64,000 nucleotides of DNA from Candidatus Eiseniibacteriota bacterium (GCA_963783375.1 CAWANH010000029.1:576001-640000), one strand, 5' to 3'; positions 41,729-51,790 are shown, counted from the first letter of the stretch. Notes: a model not told the origin generated them from the letters alone. Made by a program: numbers and translations.

Positions 41729-43396
41729 TCACATGCGTTCCGGGGCCCCGATGTCCATGAGGGCGAGGCCGTTGGCCAGCACCCGCCGCGCCCCCTCGGT
41801 GAGGGCGAGCCGGGCTCGGGTGAGCTCGGCGTCCGGCCCCACCACCCGGCAATGATGATAGAAGAGATGGAAGGCCTGGGCCAGCTCGCGGAGATAGTTG
41901 GTGAGCCGGTGGGGTTCCCGGGCCTCCGCCGCCCCCGCCACCACCGCGGGGAACTGGAGCAGGGTCTTCATGAGCACCAGCTCCTGATCGGCCTCGAGCC
42001 GCGTCGTGTCCGCCCCCTCCGGGTCCGGCGCCCCCTCATCCCGGGCCTTGCGGAGGATACCCGAGATCCGGGCGTGAGCGTATTTCACGTAGAACACCGG
42101 GTTCTCCTCGCTCTGTTTCTTGGCCAGGTCGAGGTCGAAGTCCAGGTGGCTCTCCGCGCGCCGCTGGAGAAAGAAGAAGATCGCGGTGTCCTTGCCGACA
42201 TCCTCGATCAGGTCCTCCAGGGTGATGAACTCACCCCGTCGCTTGGACATCTTCACCGGTTGGCCGCCGGACAGGAGGTTCACCTGCTGGACGATCAGCA
42301 CCTCCAGCCAGTCCGCACCGTACCCCGAGGCCTCGGCCGCCGCCTGCATCCGCCCGATGTACCCGTGGTGGTCCGGCCCCCAGATATCGATCACCTTCTC
42401 GAAGCCCCGCTCGTGCTTGTCCACGTGGTAGGCCACGTCGGCCAGGAAGTAGGTGGGCTGTCCGTTGCCGCGCACCAGGACCCGGTCCTGGTCGTCGCCG
42501 TAGCGGGTGGCGGCGAACCAGAGCGCGCCCTCGCGCTCCTCGACCTCCCCGCGCTCCCGGAAGAGCCGGAGCGCCCGCTCCACCGCGTCGGGATAGAGCT
42601 CGCTCTGGTAGAACCAGCGGTCGAAGACCGTGCCGTAGGCGCCCAGGTCGCGGCGTTGCCAGGCCGTCACCTGCTCCACCGCCTTCCGCCCCATGATCGC
42701 CGCCGCCTCCTCGGAGGGTTTTCCGTCGAGGAGGGCGTCGAACTCGACCGGGTCGAGGGTGGCGGCCAGGTCCCGGAGGTAATCCCCCTGGTAGCCCCCC
42801 TCGGGGATGGTCGCCTCGCCCTCCCCCCGCGCCTCGCGGTAGCGGGCCAGGAAGCTCGCCCCCAGGAGATCGATCTGGCGCCCCACGTCGTTCACGTAGA
42901 ATTCGGAGCGGGCATCGTAGCCGGCGGCGGCGAGGAGCCGGGTGAGGGCGCCGCCGAAGGCCGCGGCGCGGGCGTTCACCACGTTCAGGGGTCCGGTGGG
43001 GTTGGCGCTCACGTACTCCACCTGCACCCGCTTCCCCCGGCCGGTCCCGCTCCGGCCCCACGCCGGGCCGGCCTCGAGGATCTCGGCCAGGCCCCGGCGA
43101 AGCCGTGCCGGGGCCACCCGGAAGTTCAGGAACCCCGGTCCCGCCACCTCCACCGCGGCGAAGAGATCATCGCGAGAGCGAAGCGCTTCGGCCAGGGTTT
43201 CGGCGATGGAGCGCGGTGGCTTCCGGAGGGGCCGGGCCAGGCCGAGGGCCACGTTGGTGGCGTAGTCGCCGTGACCGGCCTCCCGGGGGATTTCCACCTC
43301 GGCGATCACCCCGGCCTCGGGGTAGAGACGGGCCAGGGCCTCGTTCAGCGCGTCACGAATCTCCTGTTCCAGTTTCGATCGCCTCCCGCGGAGCAT
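41729..43396 (-). CDS. argS: Arginine--tRNA ligase
   Basis: Motifs HGDYATN, VAGPGFLNF, EYVSANPTGPL, WGPDHHGY, KMSKRRG and NPVFYVKYAHAR. Start uncertain (ATG 43396 or CTG 43372). Confidence 0.96.
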   Translation of the reverse strand: MLRGRRSKLEQEIRDALNEALARLYPEAGVIAEVEIPREAGHGDYATNVALGLARPLRKPPRSIAETLAEALRSRDDLFAAVEVAGPGFLNFRVAPARLRRGLAEILEAGPAWGRSGTGRGKRVQVEYVSANPTGPLNVVNARAAAFGGALTRLLAAAGYDARSEFYVNDVGRQIDLLGASFLARYREARGEGEATIPEGGYQGDYLRDLAATLDPVEFDALLDGKPSEEAAAIMGRKAVEQVTAWQRRDLGAYGTVFDRWFYQSELYPDAVERALRLFRERGEVEEREGALWFAATRYGDDQDRVLVRGNGQPTYFLADVAYHVDKHERGFEKVIDIWGPDHHGYIGRMQAAAEASGYGADWLEVLIVQQVNLLSGGQPVKMSKRRGEFITLEDLIEDVGKDTAIFFFLQRRAESHLDFDLDLAKKQSEENPVFYVKYAHARISGILRKARDEGAPDPEGADTTRLEADQELVLMKTLLQFPAVVAGAAEAREPHRLTNYLRELAQAFHLFYHHCRVVGPDAELTRARLALTEGARRVLANGLALMDIGAPERM

Positions 43397-43733
43397 CCCC
43401 CCAGAGGCGCTCCAGCATGTAGATCTCGCGGGTCCGTTCGTGGAACACGTGCACCACGACGTGCACGTAGTCCAGGAGGAGCCAGGTCTTTCCCTTCAGG
43501 CCCTCGACGTGCCAGGGGGACTCGCCGTCTTCCTTGAGTCCCGCTTCCACCCGTTCGGCGATCGCCTTGACCTGAGGCTCGGACTCCCCGCTGACCAGCA
43601 CGAAATAGTCGCATACCGAGGACTGTTCGCGCAGGTCCATGATGACGACATGCTTTCCCTTCTTCTCCAGGGCCAAACGAGCCGCCTTCTCGGCCAGCTC
43701 ATGGGAGGGAAGGGAGCGGTTCGCGGGGTTCAC
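43353..43733 (-). CDS. rsfS: Ribosome silencing factor
   Basis: Motifs EKKG..VVIMDL, DYFVLVSG, WLLLDYVHVVVHVF..TREIYMLERLWGDA. Confidence 0.93.
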   Translation of the reverse strand: MNPANRSLPSHELAEKAARLALEKKGKHVVIMDLREQSSVCDYFVLVSGESEPQVKAIAERVEAGLKEDGESPWHVEGLKGKTWLLLDYVHVVVHVFHERTREIYMLERLWGDAPREAIETGTGDS

Positions 43734-43740
43734 GCCGGGA

Positions 43741-44751
43741 TCATTGGCGGCGGTCGAGTACGTACTCAACGGCGTCGTGCAGGGTATCCCGGATGGGGCT
43801 TCGCTCGAAGTCATCAAGGAGTTCAAGGGCGCGGTCCGCGTATCCCCGGGCGCGCTGGCGCGCGTATTCCAGGCCGCCGAAGTCCGCGGCGAACGAAGCC
43901 ACCTCGCTCGCGCCGCCGTCGTCCATGACCCCGGCCATGCGCTCACGGATGTGGGCGGTGCGCTTGGGGGGCGCGTTGGCGATGGAATGGATCAGGGGAA
44001 GGGTGACCTTTCCGTCCCGGATGTCGGAACGGGTGGACTTGCCCATGGTGTCGGCATCGCCCTCGATGTCGAGGATGTCGTCGGTAATCTGGAAGGCCAT
44101 CCCCAGGTTGGTGCCGAAATCGGCGAGGAGCCGCCGCTCCCGTCCGTCCCCCCAGGCCAAGAGGCCGCCTATCTCACACGCCGCGGAGAGAAGGACCGCG
44201 GTCTTGTCCATGATGAGGCGGTAGTAGATGTCCTCGGTCAAACCGAAATTGAGCTTGTGTTCCAGCTCCAGCATCTCCCCCAGGCTCATGCGATGGGTGG
44301 TCCGGGCGAGGACGATCATCGGCTCGAACATGCCCCGCTCCACCAGGAGAAAGAAGGCCTTGGAGTAGAGGTAGTCCCCCATGATCACCGAGGTCTGATC
44401 GTTCCACAGGCTGTTGACGGTGGGGATGCCCCGGCGGAGGAAGGAGCGGTCGATGGAATCGTCGTGCACCAGGGTAGCGGTGTGGACCAGTTCCACGATG
44501 GTGGCGGCGATGATGGCGTCCCCGGAGACCGGGCCCTTGAGGCGGTTCACCAGGAGGAGCAGGGTGGGCCGGAACCGCTTGCCGTTGGCCCGCAGCATGT
44601 GGGTGGAGATCTCGTTGATCAGGGGAACGTCGGAGACGAAGAACCGGGCCAGCTCGTCCTGGACCTGTTCCAATTCGTCCCGCACCGGGCCCTGGAGCCC
44701 CCCGATGTTCACCCGGAGCCGAGCGTCGGTTCCCTGAGTTCTTTCGATCAT
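43741..44751 (-). CDS. Long-chain polyprenyl diphosphate synthase (IspB-like)
   Basis: Motifs GKRFRP, ELVHTATLVHDDSID..LRRG, GDYL, KTA, AFQITDDILD and GK..SDIRDGKVTLP. Confidence 0.93.
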   Translation of the reverse strand: MIERTQGTDARLRVNIGGLQGPVRDELEQVQDELARFFVSDVPLINEISTHMLRANGKRFRPTLLLLVNRLKGPVSGDAIIAATIVELVHTATLVHDDSIDRSFLRRGIPTVNSLWNDQTSVIMGDYLYSKAFFLLVERGMFEPMIVLARTTHRMSLGEMLELEHKLNFGLTEDIYYRLIMDKTAVLLSAACEIGGLLAWGDGRERRLLADFGTNLGMAFQITDDILDIEGDADTMGKSTRSDIRDGKVTLPLIHSIANAPPKRTAHIRERMAGVMDDGGASEVASFAADFGGLEYARQRARGYADRALELLDDFERSPIRDTLHDAVEYVLDRRQ

Positions 44752-45062
44752 CGGTTACGGGTTCCTGGGCGCTCGTGCGATGGAAAGTGGTGCGACTTCG
44801 GTCGATCCCGATTCGTCCCGACCGGGTACAGTCATGACCGGTACGGCCGGATCCAAGACAGCCTGACCCGAAGCCGAACTATGGATAAAGGGAATTGGGA
44901 TAAGCTGCCTCCGGCCGGCAGTCGGGCGGCATCGCATGGGGGTGAAGCCGCGTCCGCGCTCCGCCGGCAAAGACGATCACGGCAACGGCCCCCGCCGAGT
45001 GGATCCCGATCCGAGTTCCTCCGGGAGAATTCCTGGCGTGTCGGTGAATCGGTCGAACGGTA

Positions 45063-46430
45063 TCAAGAGGAAGGAGTAGTGTCAAGGCGGGCCGAGGCCA
45101 GGGCGGGCGCTTCCCCGTCCCCTCCCCACGGCGCCGACTCTCCCGGTCCCAGCTTCTCCATGAGCCGGTGCGCCCGGGCCACCGCAAGGTCGAATCCGGG
45201 CCGGTAGCGGGCGGGCAGCGGCTCCGCGGCGCCGCCCTTCAGGGTGAGGGGGTTGATCCATCTCCCGTTCGCCTGCACCCGGAAGTCCAGGTGGGGGCCG
45301 GTGGCCAGGCCCGACGCCCCCACGTAGCCGATCACCTGACCCTGCTTCACCCGGGTTCCGGCCCGGATGCCCTTGCCGTAGCGTGAGAGGTGGGCGTACT
45401 GGGTCAGGTAGGTGGCGTTGTGCTTGATCTTCACCGTGCGTCCGAAGCCCCCGTGCCAGCTCGCGTCCACCACCTTCCCGTTGCCCAGGGCCACCACCGG
45501 GGTCCCCGCGGCGGCGGCGTAATCCACCCCCAGGTGCGGGCGGAGCTTCTTCAGGATGGGATGCATGCGCGCGGTGGTGAAGGTGGAGGAGATGCGCCGG
45601 TAGTTGAGAGGGGACTTGAGGAAGAACTTCTTCACCGATCTTCCGTCGGGGAGGTAGTACCCGTCCTGACCGGCCTGGTCGCCCCAGGCGTAGTGGATCG
45701 CTTCCAGGGGTTCGTCGGCTCCCGCGGGAAGATAGCCCGCGGCCACGATGCGGCCGAACCCGGCCGGCTGGCCCCCTACCGTCCGGTCCTCCACCAGGAG
45801 CTCGAACCGGTCCCCGTTCCGGGTGTCGGTAAAGAAATCGAAGTCCCAGGAGAACAGGTCCGCGAACTCCACCACCAGCGCCGGATCCCCCCCCGAAGCG
45901 GTGAGGCTCAGGTACAGGTTGTCGGTCACCGTCCCGGCCAGCTTCCGGAGGACGACGTGGACGGGAATGGTCTCGACCTCGGCCCGGTAGGCCGCACCCG
46001 CCGGGGTGACCACCACCCGCTGCTCGGGATTGCGCTGGTACTCCAGCCGCCGGAGATCGCCGGACCGGGAGCGGAAGATCAGGAACCGGTCCTCGGGGCG
46101 GATCCGCCGGAGGTCCACCCGGGAGTCCAGGGTCCTGAGAACCTCGAAGGCCCCCGCGGGGTCCATCCCCGCTTCCACCAGGGCCCCTTCCGCGGTCTGG
46201 CCCGGGCGAACGCGGAACTCGTCCACGCAGGAGAGGATTTCCTCGGGGACCGGGCCCACCGCCGCGGCGCGAAGGATTTCCCCGGTCCCCTCGTGGAGGA
46301 GCCGGTCGGCGGGAGACGGGCCGCGCCGGGACATTATCCCGATAGCGCCGATCAATATCGCCACCAAGCCTAGAAAATAAACAGTACGGAAGCGGGTCCG
46401 GACGCGCCGGAACCATGTAGAGCCTGCCAC
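45063..46430 (-). CDS. M23 family peptidoglycan DD-metalloendopeptidase (MepM-like)
   Basis: N-terminal TM helix; RMHPIL..RPHLGVDYAA, YAHLS and TGPHLDF. Confidence 0.92.
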   Translation of the reverse strand: MAGSTWFRRVRTRFRTVYFLGLVAILIGAIGIMSRRGPSPADRLLHEGTGEILRAAAVGPVPEEILSCVDEFRVRPGQTAEGALVEAGMDPAGAFEVLRTLDSRVDLRRIRPEDRFLIFRSRSGDLRRLEYQRNPEQRVVVTPAGAAYRAEVETIPVHVVLRKLAGTVTDNLYLSLTASGGDPALVVEFADLFSWDFDFFTDTRNGDRFELLVEDRTVGGQPAGFGRIVAAGYLPAGADEPLEAIHYAWGDQAGQDGYYLPDGRSVKKFFLKSPLNYRRISSTFTTARMHPILKKLRPHLGVDYAAAAGTPVVALGNGKVVDASWHGGFGRTVKIKHNATYLTQYAHLSRYGKGIRAGTRVKQGQVIGYVGASGLATGPHLDFRVQANGRWINPLTLKGGAAEPLPARYRPGFDLAVARAHRLMEKLGPGESAPWGGDGEAPALASARLDTTPSS

Positions 46431-46480
46431 GTCTTGCTCATCCCTCCTTGAGTTCGACGGGTGATGTCGCGATCCGGGGC

Positions 46481-46510
46481 ACTTTAGGATCGCCCCCCCG
46501 CTCTCGTCAA
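46481..46510 (-). promoter_or_regulatory. Putative sigma70 promoter for the M23 peptidase
   Basis: TTGACG-N18-TAAAGT followed by an AAGGAGG RBS. Confidence 0.45.
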
Positions 46511-47898
46511 CCCGTTCCGTGCATTTCCCCGAGAATCCTCAGGAGATCCTCCCGGGTATTGAGCCCGGGCTCCTCGAGTACCCGCTCCAGGAGCGCGTCC
46601 AGAGCCCGTCCCACCTCGGGCCCGGGGGGAATCCCCATCGCCTCCATCACGTCCCCGCCGTCCACCCTTAGATCGGTCACATCGAGGGCCGTCTCCACCC
46701 CCAGGACCCCATCAATCCGCGCCCGGAACTCTCCCAGCGGACCGTCGGAGGCCAAGCCCGTCCCGTGGGCCAGGGTATCCGCCTCCCGGAGCAGGAAGAG
46801 GTCCTCCAGGTTTTCCCGTCCCACCCGGCGGATGAACCGGCGCACCGCGGCGTCCGTCCACTCGGGGGTGTAGAAGAACATGTGCTGGGCCACCAGATGG
46901 GACACCCGGTCGCGTTCGGCGTGGGGGAAACGCAGCCGGTCGAGGATCTCCCGGGTCATGAGCGCCCCCAGGTTCTGGTGGTCGTAGAACGTCCCCTCCC
47001 CGTCCACCACCCGCTTGGTGCGGGGCTTGGCCACGTCGTGGAGGAGGGCGGCCAGGCGCACGTCCGGGGCCTCGGCGGGCGCCGCATCGAGGGCACGCAG
47101 CGTGTGCTCGTAGACGTCGTAGGCATGAAACCGGTTCTGCTCCATCCCGACTCCCTCCAGGAGCTCGGGGATGATCAGGGCCAGAATGCCCGTCTCTCGC
47201 ATGAGTTCGATTCCCACCGAAGGCCGGCGCGCCCGAAGGAGCTTCATCAGCTCATCCCGAACCCGCTCGCGGGCCACCCCGGCCACCCGGTCCCGCATCC
47301 GCTCCATGGCGGCCAGGGTCTCCGGCTCCACCGCCAGCTCCAGCGCCGCGGCCAGGCGGATTCCCCGGAGCGGCCGGAGCCCGTCCTCATCGAAGCGCCG
47401 GTCGGGGTTCCCCACCGCCCGGAGCCTCCGGCCCTCCAGGTCCGCCTCCCCCGAGAAGGGATCCACGAAGATCCCCGCCTCGGGATCCAGGGCCATCGCG
47501 TTGATCGTGAAATCCCGCCGCGACAAGTCCTCTTCCAGGCTCGCCCCGAAGCGAACCCAGTCCGGGTGCCGCCCGTCGGTATAGGGTCCCTCCGAGCGGT
47601 AGGTGGTGATCTCGACCGGCCGCCCTCCGGGAAGCGCGGTCACCGTTCCGTGGCGGATCCCGGTGGGAACCGCCTCCGGCCAGAGTCCCATCACCGCGTC
47701 GGGATGGGCGGACGTGGTCACGTCCCAGTCGGAGACCGTCCGGCCCAGGAGCAGGTCCCGGACCCCTCCGCCCACCAGCCACGCCTCGTATCCCGCCCCC
47801 TTCAGGCGGCGGAGCACCGGCAGGACCCAACCATAGGAGGCGCGGGCGGTTTCATCCAGGAGCTTCGGTGAGGCGGGTCGTCGGGCGGGGTGTTCCAT
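46507..47898 (-). CDS. CCA tRNA nucleotidyltransferase / poly(A) polymerase family with HD domain
   Basis: Motifs LVGGGVRDLLLG..DWDVTT, EITTYR, DLSRRDFTINAMA, EDGLRPLRGIR and ALLHDVAKP. Confidence 0.93.
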   Translation of the reverse strand: MEHPARRPASPKLLDETARASYGWVLPVLRRLKGAGYEAWLVGGGVRDLLLGRTVSDWDVTTSAHPDAVMGLWPEAVPTGIRHGTVTALPGGRPVEITTYRSEGPYTDGRHPDWVRFGASLEEDLSRRDFTINAMALDPEAGIFVDPFSGEADLEGRRLRAVGNPDRRFDEDGLRPLRGIRLAAALELAVEPETLAAMERMRDRVAGVARERVRDELMKLLRARRPSVGIELMRETGILALIIPELLEGVGMEQNRFHAYDVYEHTLRALDAAPAEAPDVRLAALLHDVAKPRTKRVVDGEGTFYDHQNLGALMTREILDRLRFPHAERDRVSHLVAQHMFFYTPEWTDAAVRRFIRRVGRENLEDLFLLREADTLAHGTGLASDGPLGEFRARIDGVLGVETALDVTDLRVDGGDVMEAMGIPPGPEVGRALDALLERVLEEPGLNTREDLLRILGEMHGTG

Positions 47899-47916
47899 CT
47901 GCCAGCGGGCGGCCGA

Positions 47917-48780
47917 TCAGCCGCCCCCTCCCCTCGGGGCCTCGGAGCCGGCGCGCGCCCCCCACCCGGAGGAGCGGCGGTCGAGAGCGCGCTTGATGCG
48001 GCCCAGAACCCCCCGGCTCTCCGGCCCACCCAGCGCCTCCACCCTCACGATCTCCACCGTCACGTTATCGGTCCCACCCCGCTCCAGGGCGAGGTCCACC
48101 AGCTTCCGGGCGGCGGACTCCGGGTCATTTTGCGACACGACCGGGGCCATGTCCGTCCCGGTCACCGTCCCGCTCAACCCGTCCGAGCAGAGGAGGAAGA
48201 CGTCGCCGGCCTGGACGGTCAGGGGAGGGTCGGAGGCGTCCACCCGGACCAGGGCGGCCGCTCCCAGGGCGCGGGTGAGCATGTGGGCGTGGGGGGGACG
48301 GGTGACGGTGTCGTCCCCGTCCGGGATCCCCAATTCCGCCCCTACCGAGTGATCCCGGGTGAGCTGGGTGGAGACACCGTTCCGGAAGAGGTAGGCCCGG
48401 GAGTCGCCGACGTGGGCCACCACCGCCTCCTTTCCCCGGAGCACCAGGGCGGTCAGGGTGGTTCCCATCCCGGCCAGGGCGGGGTCCCCGGCGGCCCGCC
48501 GGAACACCGCCTCGTTGGCCGCCTCCACCGCCCGGGCAAGTCGCCGGCCGACAGTGCCTTCCGAGGCGGAGGCATAGGTCCCGGCTACAACGTCCACCGC
48601 GATCCGGCTGGCCACCTCCCCCGCCGCATGCCCGCCCATGCCGTCCGCCACCACCACCAGGGCGCCCTCACCCGAATCAAAGTTCTCCAGGTAGGCGTGG
48701 CTGTCCTCGTTGTTGGCGCGCCGGCCCACTACCGAGCGGCCGGCGTGGATGAGGCGGATCGGGGGTTCGGGATGGATCAC
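47917..48780 (-). CDS. PP2C/Stp1-type Ser/Thr protein phosphatase
   Basis: Motifs RRANNED, VVADGMGGH, MGTT, AHVGDSRAY, LTRDHS, LLCSDGL and GGTDNVT; start taken at GTG 48780. Confidence 0.92.
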   Translation of the reverse strand: MIHPEPPIRLIHAGRSVVGRRANNEDSHAYLENFDSGEGALVVVADGMGGHAAGEVASRIAVDVVAGTYASASEGTVGRRLARAVEAANEAVFRRAAGDPALAGMGTTLTALVLRGKEAVVAHVGDSRAYLFRNGVSTQLTRDHSVGAELGIPDGDDTVTRPPHAHMLTRALGAAALVRVDASDPPLTVQAGDVFLLCSDGLSGTVTGTDMAPVVSQNDPESAARKLVDLALERGGTDNVTVEIVRVEALGGPESRGVLGRIKRALDRRSSGWGARAGSEAPRGGGG

Positions 48781-48897
48781 GTGATCTGCCCTCTGGTCGG
48801 GGGGACTGCCGCCGGCGGGAGCGCCGCCACCCCCGGCCAGACCGTCGGAAAGGGCCGACGACGGCGTTGACTGTAGCAAATACGACGGGGGGCGTCT

Positions 48898-48954
48898 CCG
48901 TTTCAAACGGTTTCCCAGGGGCGGCTTGAGCCGGTTCATGTCTGGTGCTAGTGT
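48898..48954 (+). promoter_or_regulatory. Putative promoter of the plus-strand operon with upstream palindrome
   Basis: TTGAGC-N17-TAGTGT with an extended TG (48926-48954); inverted repeat CCGTTT-C-AAACGG at 48898-48910 in the divergent intergenic region. Confidence 0.45.
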
Positions 48955-49025
48955 ATCTGCTCCCGGCCGAGAACTTCGGCGCCCACCGTCATCGTGCCCC
49001 CGAAATCAGACGGAGTACCCGAGCC

Positions 49026-50186
49026 ATGATCCGTTCGCTTCCACTCCGATCGTGCATCCCCTCTCCCGTAATCTCCTGGAGTCTTGCCGCGGTGACCGCC
49101 TGCCTCCTCGGCGCCGTTCCCGTCTCCTCCGCCCCGACCCAGAGCCCCGATCCCACCACCCTGGCCGCCTTCAAACAGGACCCGATGAGTTTCTTTTTCG
49201 ATCTGCGCCGGACCGATGCGGTGGCCTGCGGGCAGGTCGTGCTCGAGGACGCCGCCGTCCAGCCCGACGAGCGGCGGAAGGTCCTGACCGCCCTGGCCGC
49301 GGTGCACCTGGCCTCGGGACGGGAGCCCCAGGCCCGGGCCGCGGTCATGGCCATGCTGAGCGAGGACCCCCGCGCCGACCTGACCCGGCCGGAGATGCTC
49401 CCTCCCCCCCTGGTTTCGCTCTTCTACGGCCTCCGGGACAGCGTCCTTCTGGCCTCGGGGGACGCGGGCGACAGCACGGGCCCGGCGCCGGACATCCACA
49501 CCCTGGCGGTGGGTGACATCGAGAACAACTCCATCGTCGCCGGCAAGTACAACCTCGACGCCTTCGCCAAGGGACTCACCCAGATCATGATCACCGATCT
49601 CCAGGAAACCACCCCGCTGACCCTGGTGGACCGCCAGCGCCTGAGCGTGCTCCGGGAGGAGATCAAGATGAACCAGAACGCGCAGATCACCGATCCGCGC
49701 TACCGGGTCCCCCTGGGGCGGCTGACCGGGGCCCAGTCCTTCCTCTTCGGAAGCATCATGCAGGTGGACGAGAAGAAGGTGCGGCTGGACCTCCGGTGGG
49801 TGGACACCTCCACCGGGGAGATTCTCCTCGCCGACGGGGTGGAGGGAAAGCTGGGCTCCTCGGACGACCTGTTCAAGCTGGAGCGGACGGTGCTCCTGGA
49901 CCACCTGGTTCCCCGGCTTCAGAAGCTCCTGGGTGGCGAAGACCTCGAGCGAGCGGTGAAGCCGTACCTCGAGCAGAAGAAGAAGTCCCTCCCCAAGGGG
50001 ACGTCCTACGTGAACCTGTTGATCAAGACCGGCGACGCCATCCTGGCCGAGGATCGGGGGGATCTCGCCGCTGCCCAGACCGCCTGGAGCGAGGTGGCCC
50101 GCATGAACCCGGAGAACGCCGGGGCGGGCGGCCGGGCCCGGGCGCTCACCGCTTACCTGGCCATGAACGCGGAGGATGATCGATGA
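49026..50186 (+). CDS. Exported protein with TPR-like helices and a CsgG/HfaB (TolB-N-like) domain
   Basis: Signal peptide; TLAVGDIEN...GLTQIMITDL...LVDRQRLSVLREE...LGRLTGAQSFLFGS...RLDLRWVDTSTGEIL is the CsgG/FlgT-type pattern. Confidence 0.75.
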   Translation: MIRSLPLRSCIPSPVISWSLAAVTACLLGAVPVSSAPTQSPDPTTLAAFKQDPMSFFFDLRRTDAVACGQVVLEDAAVQPDERRKVLTALAAVHLASGREPQARAAVMAMLSEDPRADLTRPEMLPPPLVSLFYGLRDSVLLASGDAGDSTGPAPDIHTLAVGDIENNSIVAGKYNLDAFAKGLTQIMITDLQETTPLTLVDRQRLSVLREEIKMNQNAQITDPRYRVPLGRLTGAQSFLFGSIMQVDEKKVRLDLRWVDTSTGEILLADGVEGKLGSSDDLFKLERTVLLDHLVPRLQKLLGGEDLERAVKPYLEQKKKSLPKGTSYVNLLIKTGDAILAEDRGDLAAAQTAWSEVARMNPENAGAGGRARALTAYLAMNAEDDR

Positions 50187-51790
50187 ACCGAGTCCGGGGT
50201 TTCTTGTTCCTGGCGGCGGCGCTCACCGCCGCGGGGTGCGCGGTCGCCCCTCATGGCCCGGGGGACGACCTCCTTCGCCACGGGGACTTCGCGGCCGCGA
50301 TACCGGTGATTCAGCAGGCGCTGGTCGCCCAACCCGACAACCCGGTCCTGAACCGGAACCTGGGAATCGCGCTTCTCGAGACCGGAAAACCCGAGGCCGC
50401 GGCCACCGCCCTGGAGAGGGCGCGGTCCCTCGACCCGCGCGATCCGGTCGCCGCCTTCCAGTTGGGACGGGCGGCGGAAGCGGCGGGGAGTTGGGACGCC
50501 GCGGCCCGGGCCTACGGCGACTATCTCGCCCTGGGCGGAAAGCAGGAGTCGGCGGTTCGTGTTCGTCTCAACACCCTCAGCCACCGCCGGGCGGAGGCCG
50601 AGGTGAAGGCGGCCCTGGCCCGGGAGCGGAGCCTCTCCGCCGCCTCGGTCCCCGAAAACACCCTCGCCGTCCCCGACTTCGTGAACGTGGCGGCCAGCGA
50701 CACCCTGGCCCCGCTCTCCCGGGGCCTCTCCGCGGTCCTGGTCACCGATCTCTCCCAGGTGGGGGCGTTCCGGGTCCTGGAGCGCGATCGGCTCCAGGTG
50801 CTCCTGGACGAGCTGAACCTGAGCCATCCGAACCCGGAGGCGTCGACGCCCGCCGCCCCCCTCCACGACCCCTCCACCGCCCTGGGGCTCAAGGAGCGCC
50901 TCGCCGCGCTCCGCAGCGCATCGAGCGGGAAGCCGTATTACTCCGGCCCGGTGGACGATCAGCGGGATGCCGGTCTGGAGGCGGCGGTGCGGGAGTTTCA
51001 GGGGGATCATGGCCTGAAGGCCGACGGCGTTCCCGGACCCCGGACCCTGGCCGCCCTGGCCGGGGCGGTGGGCGATCGCCCCCCCGAGACCCCGGCCAAA
51101 CCCGCCGAGGTCGCGGAGGTGGCCCCCGACACCGCCCCCCGCCTCGGAAAGCTGATCGGAGCGCGGCGGTTCGTCCAGGGGGCCTTCGCTCCCCTCGGCG
51201 CGAGCGCGGTCCGCCTCGATGCGTCGGTGATCGCCACCCACGAAGGAACGCTGACCGCAGCGGGAGATCCGGTCAACGGCCCCCTCCCCCGGGTTCTTCA
51301 CCTGGAGAAGGACCTCCTGGCCGAGATCCTGGCCGCCCTGGGCATCACGCCTACCCCGGCGGAAGAGGATGCGCTGGCCCGGATCCCCACCGAGAACTTC
51401 GACGCCTTCATGGCCTGGTCCCGGGGCCTGGTCTTCCAGGACCAGGGACGCCGGGCCGAGGCGCTGGCCGCCTTCCGGGAGGCGGTCCGGCTCGACCCCG
51501 GCTTCAACGAGGCCCGCGCATCCGAGGAGCTGGCTGCGGTCACTCCCGACGATCAGGACGAGCTCGACCGGGCCGAGCTGGACCGGGCCTTCGCCTCGCC
51601 CCCGGCCGGCGCCACCGATCGCCTGCTCCGAAGCGGGGCCTGGACCGGCCTCGGGCCCGGACCCGACCTGGACCGCTGGGCGGACACCGACCCCACCGTG
51701 ACCGAAACCGAAAAGCTGGCCGAGGGAGGAGGGGACGCCACCGGCACCATCGAGGTCGGGGGCACCCTTCCCGGGAGGAACCGGCAATGA
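50183..51790 (+). CDS. Lipoprotein: TPR, CsgG-like domain with inserted peptidoglycan-binding domain, TPR
   Basis: Lipobox TAAGC; TPR repeats; TLAVPDF..GLSAVLVTDL..VLERDRLQ; PG-binding motif AVREFQGDHGLKADGVPGPRTLAAL; RLGKLIGARRFVQG. Confidence 0.8.
   Translation: MNRVRGFLFLAAALTAAGCAVAPHGPGDDLLRHGDFAAAIPVIQQALVAQPDNPVLNRNLGIALLETGKPEAAATALERARSLDPRDPVAAFQLGRAAEAAGSWDAAARAYGDYLALGGKQESAVRVRLNTLSHRRAEAEVKAALARERSLSAASVPENTLAVPDFVNVAASDTLAPLSRGLSAVLVTDLSQVGAFRVLERDRLQVLLDELNLSHPNPEASTPAAPLHDPSTALGLKERLAALRSASSGKPYYSGPVDDQRDAGLEAAVREFQGDHGLKADGVPGPRTLAALAGAVGDRPPETPAKPAEVAEVAPDTAPRLGKLIGARRFVQGAFAPLGASAVRLDASVIATHEGTLTAAGDPVNGPLPRVLHLEKDLLAEILAALGITPTPAEEDALARIPTENFDAFMAWSRGLVFQDQGRRAEALAAFREAVRLDPGFNEARASEELAAVTPDDQDELDRAELDRAFASPPAGATDRLLRSGAWTGLGPGPDLDRWADTDPTVTETEKLAEGGGDATGTIEVGGTLPGRNRQ

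Noticed and set aside
39764-44751. ComX/ComQ-like pairing of the Trp peptide with the polyprenyl synthase
   Set aside because: The synthase has both intact Asp-rich motifs, looks like a housekeeping IspB, and is separated from the peptide by rsfS, argS and pfkB.
44752-45062. 310-nt intergenic gap as a possible ncRNA or small ORF
   Set aside because: No tRNA, riboswitch or other RNA consensus recognised and no RBS-supported ORF; cannot be supported without a covariance search.
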